A stretch of DNA of 64,000 nt, from contig DXJO01000052.1 of the NCBI GenBank assembly GCA_019057475.1, forward strand, positions 1-64,000, given 5' to 3'. This stretch comes from Candidatus Thorarchaeota archaeon (GTDB lineage Archaea; Asgardarchaeota; Thorarchaeia; Thorarchaeales; Thorarchaeaceae). Positions within the stretch are counted from its first letter, which is position 1. Each line of letters begins with the position of its first letter. The notes below the pieces were generated by a model. It had not been told where the DNA came from. It was given only the letters and a program-made list of their open reading frames with translations, and made no database searches. A program made the position numbers and the translations under genes. Of the stretch, positions 1 to 10,228 are shown piece by piece.

Positions 1-40
1 CCTATCTATCGGTATCCTAGGGATAGGAGCAAGGGCAAAG

Positions 41-319
41 CCGTTGCCCGAAGCTTGCACAATCCTGGACATCAATGTCCTTGACTGATGTTCGGTTCCT
101 GATTCATTGAGGTCTGCTCTGCAGATCCTACTGAATCTGCGACTAGTCTCACGTCCTCTCCACAGGCGTTTTCTGTCTCCGTCCAACTGGCGGCGACCGA
201 ATTTCATGCACGCTCTATCAATCAGCATCGAACGTCCATACCACTCAATCCTGAGCAGTATGTTATAACCACCACGTAATTTCCAAGATTGTATAAATTC
301 TTGGCAGCTGTTGCATACC
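41..319 (-). mobile_element. Non-autonomous IS607/TnpB-derived element (omegaRNA-like scaffold), copy 1
   Basis: About 30 differences in ~280 nt versus 63263-63541 by manual alignment. The minus strand starts GGTATGCAACAG and ends GGGCAACGG, and encodes the TnpB-tail-like peptide VAASWTETENACGEDVRL...QTSMNQEP. Confidence 0.7.
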
Positions 320-343
320 TTGGATTCTCCATTTCATCCAGGG

Positions 344-817
344 CTATTCTCTGCATTTCATGCAGGTGCCGTAGAGTTCGAATCGCTTTCCGAGCGTCTT
401 GAAGCCTGTTCTCTCTTCAACTGCTCGCACTATGTCGTCCAGTTCCTCCCAACCATAGTCTTCAACCCGTCCGCAGTTCTTGCAGATCATGTGAATGTGC
501 GGCCCCGTATCAGGATCATAACGGGTAGACTCATCCCTGAAGCCCATCTCGGTAGCAAGTCCAATTTCCGCGAAGAGCCGCAGAGTCTTGTAGACGGTCG
601 CTAGGCTAATGGTGGGGTCTCTCTTTGCCACATACTCGTGAACCTTTGCAACCGTTGGATGCGACCCAGCTTCCCATAGAGCATCGCATATAGCAATCCT
701 CTGAGGTGTGGCACGGTATCCCTTGGTTCTCAAGGCTTCTGCGGTATCAGGTCTGGAGGCTAGCATGGTATGAAGAGGTTCAAACTCACAACTAATAAGC
801 TTATTCTTTGTTACCAA
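344..817 (-). CDS. Fur/PerR family transcriptional regulator
   Basis: RATPQR, ISLATVYKTL, HIHMICKNCG and C-terminal CxxC; divergent from peroxiredoxin. The true start may lie slightly downstream. Confidence 0.92.
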   Translation of the reverse strand: MVTKNKLISCEFEPLHTMLASRPDTAEALRTKGYRATPQRIAICDALWEAGSHPTVAKVHEYVAKRDPTISLATVYKTLRLFAEIGLATEMGFRDESTRYDPDTGPHIHMICKNCGRVEDYGWEELDDIVRAVEERTGFKTLGKRFELYGTCMKCRE

Positions 818-840
818 ATAGACTCTGTAGATAATAAAAC

Positions 841-859
841 TTAAATAATAATCATTATC
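841..859. promoter_or_regulatory. Fur/Per box-like operator in the fur-peroxiredoxin divergent promoter
   Basis: TTAAATAATAATCATTATC matches 15/19 of the Fur box GATAATGATAATCATTATC, with palindromic core ATAAT-C-ATTAT. Confidence 0.6.
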
Positions 860-913
860 GTTTACTGGTATATCAATCGTGAATTATGATGAACGATTTG
901 GAGTTGTAAAACA

Positions 914-1561
914 ATGGAAGTACAAGAAGAAAGACGAATGCTCCTGATTGGAGAGGAAGTACCGGATTTCGAGGCAGTCACGACCGATGGCTCAATCAAG
1001 TTCAGTGAGTGGGCAAAGGGAAGTTGGGTCATTTTGTTCTCACATCCCGCTGACTTCACTCCGGTCTGCACAACCGAATTCATGGCATTTGCAGATATCT
1101 ATCCGGACCTTCAGAAGAAAAATGTGAAGCTTATTGGTCTGAGCATTGATAGTGTCTACTCACACATAGCGTGGCTGAGAGCGATCAAGGAGAAGCTCGG
1201 AAAGGAAATTCCGTTTCCAATCATTGAAGACCTGAGCATGAATGTTGCGCATAAATATGGGATGATTCATCCGGCTCAGAGCGGCACGGCAGCTGTTCGA
1301 GCAGTATTCTTCATCGATCCCGAATTCAAACTGAGGGGACTAGTCTACTATCCGCTCAGCAACGGACGCAACATGGATGAGATGCTTCGCATCATAGATG
1401 CATTCCAGACATCCGATGAGCATGGAGTAGCAACACCTGCAAACTGGAGGCCTGGCGATGATGTGATTGTACCTCCCCCCAAGACCAAGAAAGAAGCAGA
1501 GAAGCGATTGAAAGAGGGCTTCGACTGCGCAGATTGGTTCTTCTGCAAAAAGAAGCTATAG
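914..1561 (+). CDS. Peroxiredoxin (Prx6/archaeal TDXH type)
   Basis: [21 protein letters not shown]-terminal CxDWFFC. Confidence 0.96.
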   Translation: MEVQEERRMLLIGEEVPDFEAVTTDGSIKFSEWAKGSWVILFSHPADFTPVCTTEFMAFADIYPDLQKKNVKLIGLSIDSVYSHIAWLRAIKEKLGKEIPFPIIEDLSMNVAHKYGMIHPAQSGTAAVRAVFFIDPEFKLRGLVYYPLSNGRNMDEMLRIIDAFQTSDEHGVATPANWRPGDDVIVPPPKTKKEAEKRLKEGFDCADWFFCKKKL

Positions 1562-1649
1562 TCACAAACAAGGAGAGCGGGCGTCATCCTGCTCTTCCTA
1601 TCTCTTTTTCTAGGCAACAGCTATTACAGCATCACCGTCCTATGACTCT

Positions 1650-2750
1650 GTGGGGAACAATGTATTGGCTAACTCTGCGCTAGTGAACTTGCCCGAGAAG
1701 GTACGCGACCGCGATGTTTTCCATGACAGAACGGGTTATGTCTACGTCACACTGGGACATCTCCAGCCCTACAACAGGATTCTCTCCATTCTGAAGTACG
1801 TACCTGACCCTAATGGCAGATGGCAAGCTGACAACACAAGATACCGACGTCTTTTTCGTGGTGGAGTAGGCTCTGCAGTTGAGGGCATGAATCAAGTACC
1901 ATCCGAATACTTAGTGAGAGACCCCCATCTCGGAGCGACACTCCTAGAAGTGCCAATGAATCATGTGACGAAGTACTTTAGCCCAGAGAAGCGCCTAAAT
2001 GAGATTCTCAGTCATGGCGCCAACGATGCACTTGAAGAGAGTGCAAAGAGGATGTCCGAGGTACTTCATGACGTTCTGGGAATCCCCTTCAATCGTCTGG
2101 GAGTAACCGGAAGCATCGCATGGAACGCACACGACACTGCATTTTCCGATGTCAACATGAACATCTATGGCCTTGAGATGTCAAACCGTCTTCAGGAGGG
2201 CTATGATTCCGTTGCAGAGCAGAATGGACATGTACGTCTGAGAGTCCTCTCAGAATGGAAACGAACGATGTCAAACATTCTCGCCAGGATTCCATTGTAT
2301 CCGGTTGATGATCTGCGGACTCTCTTCAGTAGGAAAAAGGAGCTGTACTACGGTGAGCAATACATCGGAGTGACTCCAGTACTTCTTCCTAATGAGGCAC
2401 CTATCAAATACGGTAGTGAGTCGTATGAGTCACTGAAACCCACGCAAGTCACAATTGAGATGGACATCCAGAAAGACGATTATGGCATCTTTATACCTGC
2501 GATTTACGAGGGAACTTCCTCTCCATTAGCTCAAATTGATGGAGAGCGTGTAACACGAATCATGATCTACGATGGTTCCTTCAGAGGGTTGTTTCGGGAA
2601 GGTGACCGAGTTGAGGTCGTGGGATCCTTGCAGAAGGTTGCCCCTACACGCCTTGGACCGAATGGCGGCAAAGGCATCGAATTCTATCAGATAATGGTGG
2701 GCACAAAGCAAGGCGTGGGGACGGACCGCATCAGAATAATCGAATCCTAG
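1650..2750 (+). CDS. Predicted archaeal nucleotidyltransferase-fold protein
   Basis: GVTGS...SDVN motif, LKYVP motif and OB-like C-terminus typical of this archaeal family. Confidence 0.65.
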   Translation: MGNNVLANSALVNLPEKVRDRDVFHDRTGYVYVTLGHLQPYNRILSILKYVPDPNGRWQADNTRYRRLFRGGVGSAVEGMNQVPSEYLVRDPHLGATLLEVPMNHVTKYFSPEKRLNEILSHGANDALEESAKRMSEVLHDVLGIPFNRLGVTGSIAWNAHDTAFSDVNMNIYGLEMSNRLQEGYDSVAEQNGHVRLRVLSEWKRTMSNILARIPLYPVDDLRTLFSRKKELYYGEQYIGVTPVLLPNEAPIKYGSESYESLKPTQVTIEMDIQKDDYGIFIPAIYEGTSSPLAQIDGERVTRIMIYDGSFRGLFREGDRVEVVGSLQKVAPTRLGPNGGKGIEFYQIMVGTKQGVGTDRIRIIES

Positions 2751-2801
2751 TACTCCATCAAGCTATCAAAACTATCTTAGGCAACTCATCCTGACTCAGA
2801 T

Positions 2802-3866
2802 ATGATGTCACGAGAGCTGCCCTTCATCAAGATTCCTGCAAGAAAAGGAGAGAAAGTCAGGAAACTGCTTCAAGAAGTGCAATTACTAGCAAAAGATTAC
2901 AAGATACTAGCTGAGGGCGTGACACTCCTCATTCCGCTACAACCGGATACCAAAATCGAAAAGATACGTGCACTCCTAGAGGAAGATAGCATTGAGATAG
3001 GGACTAGATTGTTCGAGCCCGCTATTGAGGGACCAAGAACCTTGGCTGAGGCACTTGAGGGAGTCCTAAGTTCGAAAGAGATTGGTTTCCTTCCACGGGC
3101 TTACGATATCATTGGCGATATTGCTGTTCTTGAGATACCGGAGGAGATTGAGGCACATTCCATCCATATTGGGAATGCCTTCCGGTCGGTCCATAGTAAT
3201 TTCTCAACTGTCCTAGCTAAGAGGGGAGCGATCACCGGGGCGACTAGAGTGCGGGAGTACAGACTGCTAGCCGGAGTAGACAAGACTAGGACAGTTCATA
3301 CCGAGTATGGCTGCAAGATTGCAGTTGACCTCGCGAACGCCTACTTCAGTCCAAGACTCCTAGAAGAACACAACCGGGTATCGGACCAGGTAGATGTGGG
3401 CGAAGTCGTTGTCGACATGTTCACTGGCGTTGGTCCATTTGCGTTACATATAGCACGCAAACAGAATGCGCGTGTGGTTGCTATTGACATCAACCCCTTG
3501 GCAATAGAGCTCCTTCATGAGAGCATGGCAATGAACAAGCTAGTAGGCACAATTGAACCAGTTGTCGCGGATGCGCACAAGTATGCTCCTGCGAATTTCG
3601 ACCATGATGTGGACCGTGTGATAATGAATCACCCCTCAGGGGCTTTCGAGTTCATCGCGGATGCATGCCAATCTCTCAGAGAGGGCGGAATAATGCACTA
3701 TTATGATTTCGGAGCCGGCGAGAACCCTGAGGATGAGATTGTGAGCAAGGTTTCAAGGCTCGTAAGGGCGGCAGGTAAGGGCACTCCTGAGGTTCTTCAC
3801 GTTCGACGAGTAAGAGACAGTGCCCCGTATGAATACCAGATGGTAGTTGATCTGGTCATCTCTTAG
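2802..3866 (+). CDS. trm5: tRNA (guanine37-N1)-methyltransferase, Trm5/Tyw2 family
   Basis: YDIIGDIA, YFSPRL, DMFTGVGPF, IDINP, VIMNHP. Confidence 0.9.
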   Translation: MMSRELPFIKIPARKGEKVRKLLQEVQLLAKDYKILAEGVTLLIPLQPDTKIEKIRALLEEDSIEIGTRLFEPAIEGPRTLAEALEGVLSSKEIGFLPRAYDIIGDIAVLEIPEEIEAHSIHIGNAFRSVHSNFSTVLAKRGAITGATRVREYRLLAGVDKTRTVHTEYGCKIAVDLANAYFSPRLLEEHNRVSDQVDVGEVVVDMFTGVGPFALHIARKQNARVVAIDINPLAIELLHESMAMNKLVGTIEPVVADAHKYAPANFDHDVDRVIMNHPSGAFEFIADACQSLREGGIMHYYDFGAGENPEDEIVSKVSRLVRAAGKGTPEVLHVRRVRDSAPYEYQMVVDLVIS

Positions 3867-4281
3867 CATAGCTCAATTGACATTTGATGACAATGTCAGG
3901 GATTCTCAGCTTCTGAACGAACTTCCGGTCTAGATCAGAAGCTACCCTATCAGCACCTACCATGACAGTGCGACCACACTCAAATGAGCTCGTTCTTGCA
4001 ACCATGCTTATCGAGTTCGAGTATGTTAGTCCCGGACTTCCTCTGCCTATAATTCTCTCAACTAGATCATCTACTGACATGGTGAGCTGTATCTGTGATC
4101 TCGTGGACTTGGCCAGTGTTTTAATTTCGTCATCAAGGTCGCGAAGGGTTTGAGTGGTTCGAACTCCAATGATGCACATTCCTTGCGATGTGAGTTCCTT
4201 CTCAGTCGTAATCTCCAGTGTAGTCTTGTGTTCACCGATTACGTTTGGGTGGCCGTAGGCATGGAAGTCTACAGTATGCAT
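3856..4281 (-). CDS. DUF371 family protein
   Basis: GHPNV...HKTTLEIT...LT..GxCIIGV. Confidence 0.85.
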   Translation of the reverse strand: MHTVDFHAYGHPNVIGEHKTTLEITTEKELTSQGMCIIGVRTTQTLRDLDDEIKTLAKSTRSQIQLTMSVDDLVERIIGRGSPGLTYSNSISMVARTSSFECGRTVMVGADRVASDLDRKFVQKLRIPDIVIKCQLSYAKR

Positions 4282-4339
4282 GGGTTTGGATTTTCTCTCA
4301 ATGCTTTTATCTTTCCGATGCTTAGTTTCCGTGATTAGG

Positions 4340-5017
4340 ATGTCTAAAGCTCAAGCTCTTGAAGCAAAAGAAAGATTGATTCAGCGGCTCAAGGTCAGAG
4401 GATATCTGAAGACCAGCGCAGTAGAACGAGCTGTTAGAGCCGTACCGCGCGAAGAGTTTGTTCTTCCCGAAGCACGAAAAGAGGCCTACAGGGACACACC
4501 TCTCTCGATTGGGTTGGGACAGACAATCTCAGCGCCTCACATGTGCGTGATAATGTGTGAAGATCTCAACCTAATGCATGGTCACAAGCTCTTGGAAGTG
4601 GGGGGTGGTTCAGGCTATCATGCCGCGCTGTGCGCAGAGCTGGTAGCAGAGAAAGACAAGCCAGACCCCGGTCATGTGTACACAATTGAGATAGTCAAGG
4701 GTTTGATTGAGTACGCCAGGAAGAATCTCGAACGGACTGGATACGCAAAGCATGTGACTTTGATTCATGGTGATGGGGGTGTAGGGCTTCCAGAGCACGC
4801 TCCTTTTGACAGGATTCTTGTCGCGGCAGCTGCACCGAAAGTTCCTCCTCCACTCATTGAACAACTAGCGCCAGAGGGACTTATGCTAATCCCAGTAGGC
4901 TCAAGAGGCTTCTTTCAAGAGCTGATGATGGTGCAGAAAGACGCTAATGGGAATGTCACCATGAAACGATGGGGCGGAGTTGCCTTTGTGCCGCTGACAG
5001 GCAAGCATGGCCATTAG
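4340..5017 (+). CDS. pcm: Protein-L-isoaspartate O-methyltransferase
   Basis: VPREEFV, GQTISAPHM, LEVGGGSGY, APFDRI, FVPL; start taken at MSKAQ. Confidence 0.95.
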   Translation: MSKAQALEAKERLIQRLKVRGYLKTSAVERAVRAVPREEFVLPEARKEAYRDTPLSIGLGQTISAPHMCVIMCEDLNLMHGHKLLEVGGGSGYHAALCAELVAEKDKPDPGHVYTIEIVKGLIEYARKNLERTGYAKHVTLIHGDGGVGLPEHAPFDRILVAAAAPKVPPPLIEQLAPEGLMLIPVGSRGFFQELMMVQKDANGNVTMKRWGGVAFVPLTGKHGH

Positions 5018-5018
5018 A

Positions 5019-5699
5019 CTAGGTGACCAAATGAAGTGGTACAACAGTCAGAGTCACATTGTCTCCCCGGCGAAGATGAAGCTTCTTCCTCAGGTTGATT
5101 GGAGCTATCACTTCTATGATGTTTTGACTGTGATGTGTTCGTTGAGCAATCACAAGAGCTCCCTCAACAGCCTGGTTGACTTTGATCCTGTAGCAGATTA
5201 CGTCTCCGAATGTTCGGCTTTCATGACTGAAACCTTTCACAATGAGCGGGGTGGTCTGTTTCATTCTACTGATAGCCTTATTTGACTCCTCGTCCGTCAC
5301 TCGTACGTTTAGTGTCCCAGAGTACGGTACAAAGCCCAATGCCTCTTGAATTCGCGAGGCGTACATATCTACATAGTATGCCCCTTCACCAAGACCATCA
5401 ACCACCTGCCCCTCTATTATGATTTCGTCCTCAGGAGGTGCAAATGCAACTTCCAATCCGTGAAAAACTCTAACGAGTTCCTTTCGCCCCTTCTCAGTCA
5501 GATGAATGACCATGCCGTTGGCGGTGTGTGATCTACCCACAAACCCCTGCTCGAAACAGAACAAGATTCTTCGTGACGCAGTTTGCTGACTCACATTCAG
5601 GGTTTCACCCAACTCACGAGTAGTAAGATTGACTCCTCGATGTATTGCTCCCTTCTTGGCGAGCGCAAATAGGGTGAACCAGATGTCAGGTGAGTTCAT
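5019..5699 (-). CDS. ribK: HTH-fused CTP-dependent riboflavin kinase
   Basis: SQQTASR HTH, GLGEGAYY, PYSGTLN, EVIAP. Confidence 0.92.
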   Translation of the reverse strand: MNSPDIWFTLFALAKKGAIHRGVNLTTRELGETLNVSQQTASRRILFCFEQGFVGRSHTANGMVIHLTEKGRKELVRVFHGLEVAFAPPEDEIIIEGQVVDGLGEGAYYVDMYASRIQEALGFVPYSGTLNVRVTDEESNKAISRMKQTTPLIVKGFSHESRTFGDVICYRIKVNQAVEGALVIAQRTHHSQNIIEVIAPINLRKKLHLRRGDNVTLTVVPLHLVT

Positions 5700-6355
5700 T
5701 TCTCCGATACACTTCCCTTGTTCCTTATGATTGACTTCGATATGACATGCGCCTCACGAAGCGGACTGGGGTAACCATCTGGGCTTGACACCTGAACGAT
5801 TCTTATAGCTGTTGCTAAGCTCACCCTATGCCCAATGGACACATAGACAGGCTTCTTCCTTGTACCCAGCCACATTGCCACGCCGAGAATTTCCTCCCCC
5901 TTAGTCACCCAAGCTGAGTTTTCTCTGCGAATGCCCACTTCTCCCAAGAGCAAGCTCTTGGCCACTCCAATGGTCTGTCTATCGGCAGTTACGCCCACGT
6001 ACGATGCAAGACCTATCTTTCGTGGGTGCAAGATTCCGTTGGCATCAATCAGGATCGGTCCTGTTTCATCAAGCTTGTCTATGAGATCAAGCACAACTGG
6101 GCCCTCCCGCATGTGCAAGAAACTCGGAATGTAGGGTGTCATACAATCCGAAGTAGTACTTACAACTTGAACTGTTTCTTGATTGGAGATATCAATCACA
6201 ACCGCACAGCCTGCTGCAATGGAATCCGAATAGGAAACGTCGATTCCTGTAATCAGTGATTCTCCGAATGGCGGGTCATCATAGACAACCACCATCTTGG
6301 CAAGTGCAACCTGTTCCTCTCCTGCCTTGGCCAGCAGCCCATCTAGGTTATTCAT
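5696..6355 (-). CDS. nfi: Endonuclease V
   Basis: GIDVSY, PYIPSFL..RE, IDANGILHPR, IGVAKS, PVYVSIGH. Confidence 0.93.
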   Translation of the reverse strand: MNNLDGLLAKAGEEQVALAKMVVVYDDPPFGESLITGIDVSYSDSIAAGCAVVIDISNQETVQVVSTTSDCMTPYIPSFLHMREGPVVLDLIDKLDETGPILIDANGILHPRKIGLASYVGVTADRQTIGVAKSLLLGEVGIRRENSAWVTKGEEILGVAMWLGTRKKPVYVSIGHRVSLATAIRIVQVSSPDGYPSPLREAHVISKSIIRNKGSVSEK

Positions 6356-6990
6356 TCCTTACTACCTTTGATTCGTTTCTCGAATCTCTTCAACTCGCTT
6401 ACAAGCTTATTCTGTCGGACAGCAGACGTGATATCGCCTCTAGTGCGTTCTATCAGTGAGCGTGCAACATCACATTTCCTCCTCAAATCCGGAATCAATG
6501 CATTTGGGAAATCAAGTGAATGAAGTTCGTCGAAAATCTCTTCCATAACACCAAGTAGACCCTCTGCCCGTGTCACATCATCGGCACGCAGAGAGTCGAG
6601 ACATGCTCTTCTAAGCTCGCCTACCGTATCAGCCAGTCCAGTTAGGTACGCCCTAATCGGAATCTCATACGGTTGGGGCGGAGTGAATTTGCCATCCTTG
6701 AGTAAGGAGAAGACATTAGCCGCCTCTGCCAATTCCTGATATGCAGTGTCTAGGGCTCTCGACCTTGACATGTAGGCACTACCCGATAGGTTCTTGACAG
6801 CTTCACGGATGACGCTATGCGCCTGACTCAGGGATTCTATTGCCTTTTCATACTGTCCTCTATGAGATGCCTTTATTGATTGACTGCACAATCTCACTGC
6901 GTTTCGAGCTTGCGGCAGGACTTTCTCCCGCACATCATCATCAGCTTCAATCTCTTCTCTAAGAGGTTTCAAAATGTCTGCTAGACTCAT
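6352..6990 (-). CDS. Translin/TRAX family protein
   Basis: QELAEA, YLTGLADTVGELRR, LRRKCDVAR; start taken at MSLAD. Confidence 0.88.
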   Translation of the reverse strand: MSLADILKPLREEIEADDDVREKVLPQARNAVRLCSQSIKASHRGQYEKAIESLSQAHSVIREAVKNLSGSAYMSRSRALDTAYQELAEAANVFSLLKDGKFTPPQPYEIPIRAYLTGLADTVGELRRACLDSLRADDVTRAEGLLGVMEEIFDELHSLDFPNALIPDLRRKCDVARSLIERTRGDITSAVRQNKLVSELKRFEKRIKGSKE

Positions 6991-7006
6991 ATGACTCGCC
7001 GCCAAT

Positions 7007-7981
7007 CTAGAGTTGAATCTTCTTAACTTGTTTGCTCCGTGAGAGCAGTACCACTCTGCTCTCGTTCTGCTCGTCAACCAGATAATAGCCTGTCAGTGAT
7101 GCCAGTTTCTGCGAAAACGCTCGAATTTCCCTATGCGAGGGTGAATTCTGTTTGTCTAATCGCCCCCTCGAGGAACCGAGGTACATGTAGGCCTTAACCT
7201 CGACGAAATCCGGTTCGCCTTTGAGAATCAATGCCGAATAAGACCGCGCATCATGCATGTTACGACCAGCTACCATTGTCAACCTATTCACACTTCGACA
7301 AGACAGAGATTGAAGTAACTCCTGACTCTCGATCAAACGCTCCCAGGCTCCCTTGATTGACGGTTTGCATAGCATTGCATGTGTCTTCTCGTCTGGCGCA
7401 GCGATTGTGACATAAAGCTGAGTAGGAAGTGACATGTCCGCCAACACACCTGGACGGGTTCCATTTGTTACAATGAACGAAGTCATCCCCCTTCGATTAG
7501 CCTCATCAACCAGCTCGCTTAGGAACGGGTATAGAGTTGGCTCCCCCGCGAGCGATATGGCGATGTGCTTGGGGTTTCTTGCCTCAATATACTTCTCTCT
7601 GGAAACGCTGGCTCCTGCCTCTGGGTTGAACCCTCCCAGTGACCTGAGATTCGCCATGATTGTGGCATCAAGCAGCTCATCCGGTCGCATTACATCCTCT
7701 TTTGAAACATGAACCTGGTCCCATCCAATGCCAAGATCGAAGGGCGTTACACGCCAGCAGAACTCACAGTTCTGCGTGCACTTGTCTACAACTGGAGTCA
7801 TCTGTAGACATCTGTGCGATTCGATTCCGTAGAATCTCTCTTTGTAGCAACTATTTCCGTGGAGAAGGCTATTCTTCTGCCATTGACATGCCTTGTATGC
7901 CCCTCTCTGACCGAGAAGATGATATCCCTGCTGTTTCAGCTTCTTGCGCAACTCGTCAGGCATGTTCGAACTCAATGTCAC
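7007..7981 (-). CDS. taw1: 4-demethylwyosine synthase (radical SAM)
   Basis: CYKERFYGIESHRCLQMTP, CTQNCEFCWR, AISLAGEPTLYP. Confidence 0.95.
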   Translation of the reverse strand: MTLSSNMPDELRKKLKQQGYHLLGQRGAYKACQWQKNSLLHGNSCYKERFYGIESHRCLQMTPVVDKCTQNCEFCWRVTPFDLGIGWDQVHVSKEDVMRPDELLDATIMANLRSLGGFNPEAGASVSREKYIEARNPKHIAISLAGEPTLYPFLSELVDEANRRGMTSFIVTNGTRPGVLADMSLPTQLYVTIAAPDEKTHAMLCKPSIKGAWERLIESQELLQSLSCRSVNRLTMVAGRNMHDARSYSALILKGEPDFVEVKAYMYLGSSRGRLDKQNSPSHREIRAFSQKLASLTGYYLVDEQNESRVVLLSRSKQVKKIQL

Positions 7982-8053
7982 AATCGCGATGGGACTTCTG
8001 TGTTCTCTTATCAGCGTTTGGCAGCATTAGCGGATTGATGCGGTGACCACATC

Positions 8054-9319
8054 TTATCTGTCAACTGCAGCCAGCTTCTCAGCCAAGCTCTCTTGATTGC
8101 CCCATGCGCCAGTCAACACCTTACGTCTTGATAGATCTCCCAGAACTCTGCGAGTTTCATCATCTAGTCGACCTGGTGGCATATTCTCGAAACTACTTCC
8201 GGGCAAAGGCATGAACACATGCCCATGCAATCTGGCACCCATATCTACAAGATCATGACAGAGCTTGATGCTTGCATCCACGTCTTCTTTCGCTTCTTCT
8301 GGGAGCCCAAAAATCATGTCTACATGAGGTATGAAACCACAATCCAGCGCAATCCTGACTGCGTCTAGCCCCTCAGCGACGGTGTGCTGCCTGTTTGCGG
8401 TCTTGAGAACCTTATCACTCCCAGATTGCAGGCCTATCTGCAGGGTCTTGTTTGCCACGTAGTGCCGTAATAGCTCGAGAATTTCCTTGCTCACGAATTC
8501 TGGTCTCACCTCTGATGGGAAGGAGCCAAAGAAGACTTCATCAAGGCCTTCAATGGAGGTACTCTCTTTCAGAAGGTGTTCCAGCTTTTCGGGGACCACG
8601 TCGCGGCCCCGTCCTCCATAACAAAGCGCATTTGGTGACAGGAACCATGTGCGCCGAAAGCCTCTCTTTTCCACCACCGTGCGGAGCCACTTCGTGATAG
8701 ACTCCACAGACCTATGTCTAACTCTACCTCCTGTCAGAAACGGCGTACAACAGAATTTGCAGGCATATGGACACCCACGGGTGATCTCTATTGGGCCCAC
8801 GACATTCATGTCCAATGCAAATGGCGGATAGTCATCTAGCTGTATTCGAGGCAAGTCGCGTGGCCTAGGATAGTTCTCAGAGTGCTCTGAAACCACTCCT
8901 GCTATTGTATCAGCATCTTGGTCATTCATGAGGCGCCATAAGAGCTCGGGAAATATCTGCTCACCTTCACCAACTACCACATAGTCAAAACCTGCATCCA
9001 AGAGCTCCCCTGGCCGCGCGCTTGCGTGGGCTCCCCCAGCTATAAGCGTCGCACCACTACCAAGTATCTTCCGAGTCCTTTTCACCTCATGATAGACTCT
9101 CTCAGTTTGGGTCGACATCACTGAGTGGGCAATAATGAGCCGTCCCTGAGCAGCCGTCTTCTCCAGCATACTCTCAGTGAGCTCTAGTGGAGCAACCACG
9201 TGCAGATCTACGAGTCGTGAGTCCGTTTCAACAGCACCAAGAAGAGCTGCAAGACTGTATCTAGATGAGGAATGTACTGAAAAAATAAGTATGTGTGAGT
9301 CCACTTGGTACACACGCAC
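8054..9319 (-). CDS. B12-binding radical SAM protein (TIGR04013-like)
   Basis: AGGAHAS, VVGEGE, EITRGCPYACKFC, FPSEVRPE. Confidence 0.88.
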   Translation of the reverse strand: MRVYQVDSHILIFSVHSSSRYSLAALLGAVETDSRLVDLHVVAPLELTESMLEKTAAQGRLIIAHSVMSTQTERVYHEVKRTRKILGSGATLIAGGAHASARPGELLDAGFDYVVVGEGEQIFPELLWRLMNDQDADTIAGVVSEHSENYPRPRDLPRIQLDDYPPFALDMNVVGPIEITRGCPYACKFCCTPFLTGGRVRHRSVESITKWLRTVVEKRGFRRTWFLSPNALCYGGRGRDVVPEKLEHLLKESTSIEGLDEVFFGSFPSEVRPEFVSKEILELLRHYVANKTLQIGLQSGSDKVLKTANRQHTVAEGLDAVRIALDCGFIPHVDMIFGLPEEAKEDVDASIKLCHDLVDMGARLHGHVFMPLPGSSFENMPPGRLDDETRRVLGDLSRRKVLTGAWGNQESLAEKLAAVDR

Positions 9320-9912
9320 TAATTCTCTACAATTCGTTCAGAAACCCCGTCCTTGGTCACAGCCATGACTTGGATGGGTCCTCCTGACTGCACGTCTCGT
9401 GCGATACCTGCTTTCACGGCGCGGATGGCAATCTCCTCGGCTTCCTTCACAGTTAGGCCGGCCTTGAACTCATTCTCAAGCACACCGTAGGCAGTGCGTA
9501 GGCCCGTACCTGCGGCGGTGTATTCGTCAGGAATTAGAGAACCTCCCATGTCGAGTGTGTAAAGGGCTGGTCCATCTGCATCAAGTCCGACAATCACAGT
9601 CTGGACATATAGAGGCATCATTCGTCGTGAATAGAGAGTATTTGCAACCATCTTTGACAGAACCTTGACGCCAATCTTCTTCTTCTGGTTCAGTTCGTAG
9701 AGCTTGATTTGAGCCTGCAAGCGATTCACGAGCATTTGATAATCAGAGGTTAGGCCCGCGGAGGCTAGCACTATCGTATCCGTGAGCTTGAACGCTTTTA
9801 CGCCCTTCTCAGTTAGGACCATTGTACCCCAGCTTATCATCGAGTCTGTTGCTACAACGGCTCCGTCACTGCACTTGATACCGACAATAGTTGCGCCTGT
9901 TGGAAGTGACAT
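9319..9912 (-). CDS. psmB: Proteasome beta subunit (catalytic Thr1 replaced by Ala)
   Basis: TGATIVGIKCSDGAVVATD, AGLTSD, AAGTG, ARDVQSGG. Confidence 0.93.
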   Translation of the reverse strand: MSLPTGATIVGIKCSDGAVVATDSMISWGTMVLTEKGVKAFKLTDTIVLASAGLTSDYQMLVNRLQAQIKLYELNQKKKIGVKVLSKMVANTLYSRRMMPLYVQTVIVGLDADGPALYTLDMGGSLIPDEYTAAGTGLRTAYGVLENEFKAGLTVKEAEEIAIRAVKAGIARDVQSGGPIQVMAVTKDGVSERIVEN

Positions 9913-10228
9913 TCATTTTTTCCTCCATGGGGTCCTCTTTGGTTCGTTTGGTCATGCCGGTTGTTTTTAAAACATTACCCATACCTGACATTCAATGAGT
10001 GAACTCACTGCAGAAAATATCTCTATTCCACTCTTCTCATGATTGCTGTCCCATTGATTCGACGAATCGAAGTGCATCGGTGAGCTAGGATCCCCAACGA
10101 ACCTCCTAGTTGGGGGATGAGGAAGCTTTACATCTGCACTCAAGTTCAGGAAATCTTGAAGCAATTAGCTGACATGTTTGTGAAGTGCTCGATTAGTAGA
10201 ATACTGATACCAAGGAAGTAATCCATCA

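Noticed and set aside
816-836. Resemblance of the copy-2 putative guide (AAATAAGACTCCGTATAATA) to AAATAGACTCTGTAGATAATA in the fur promoter
   Set aside because: Requires gaps and a mismatch in AT-rich sequence; likely chance.
10086-10120. Overlapping inverted repeats in the psmB-NOG1 intergenic region
   Set aside because: Short stems with no recognisable RNA motif or other support.
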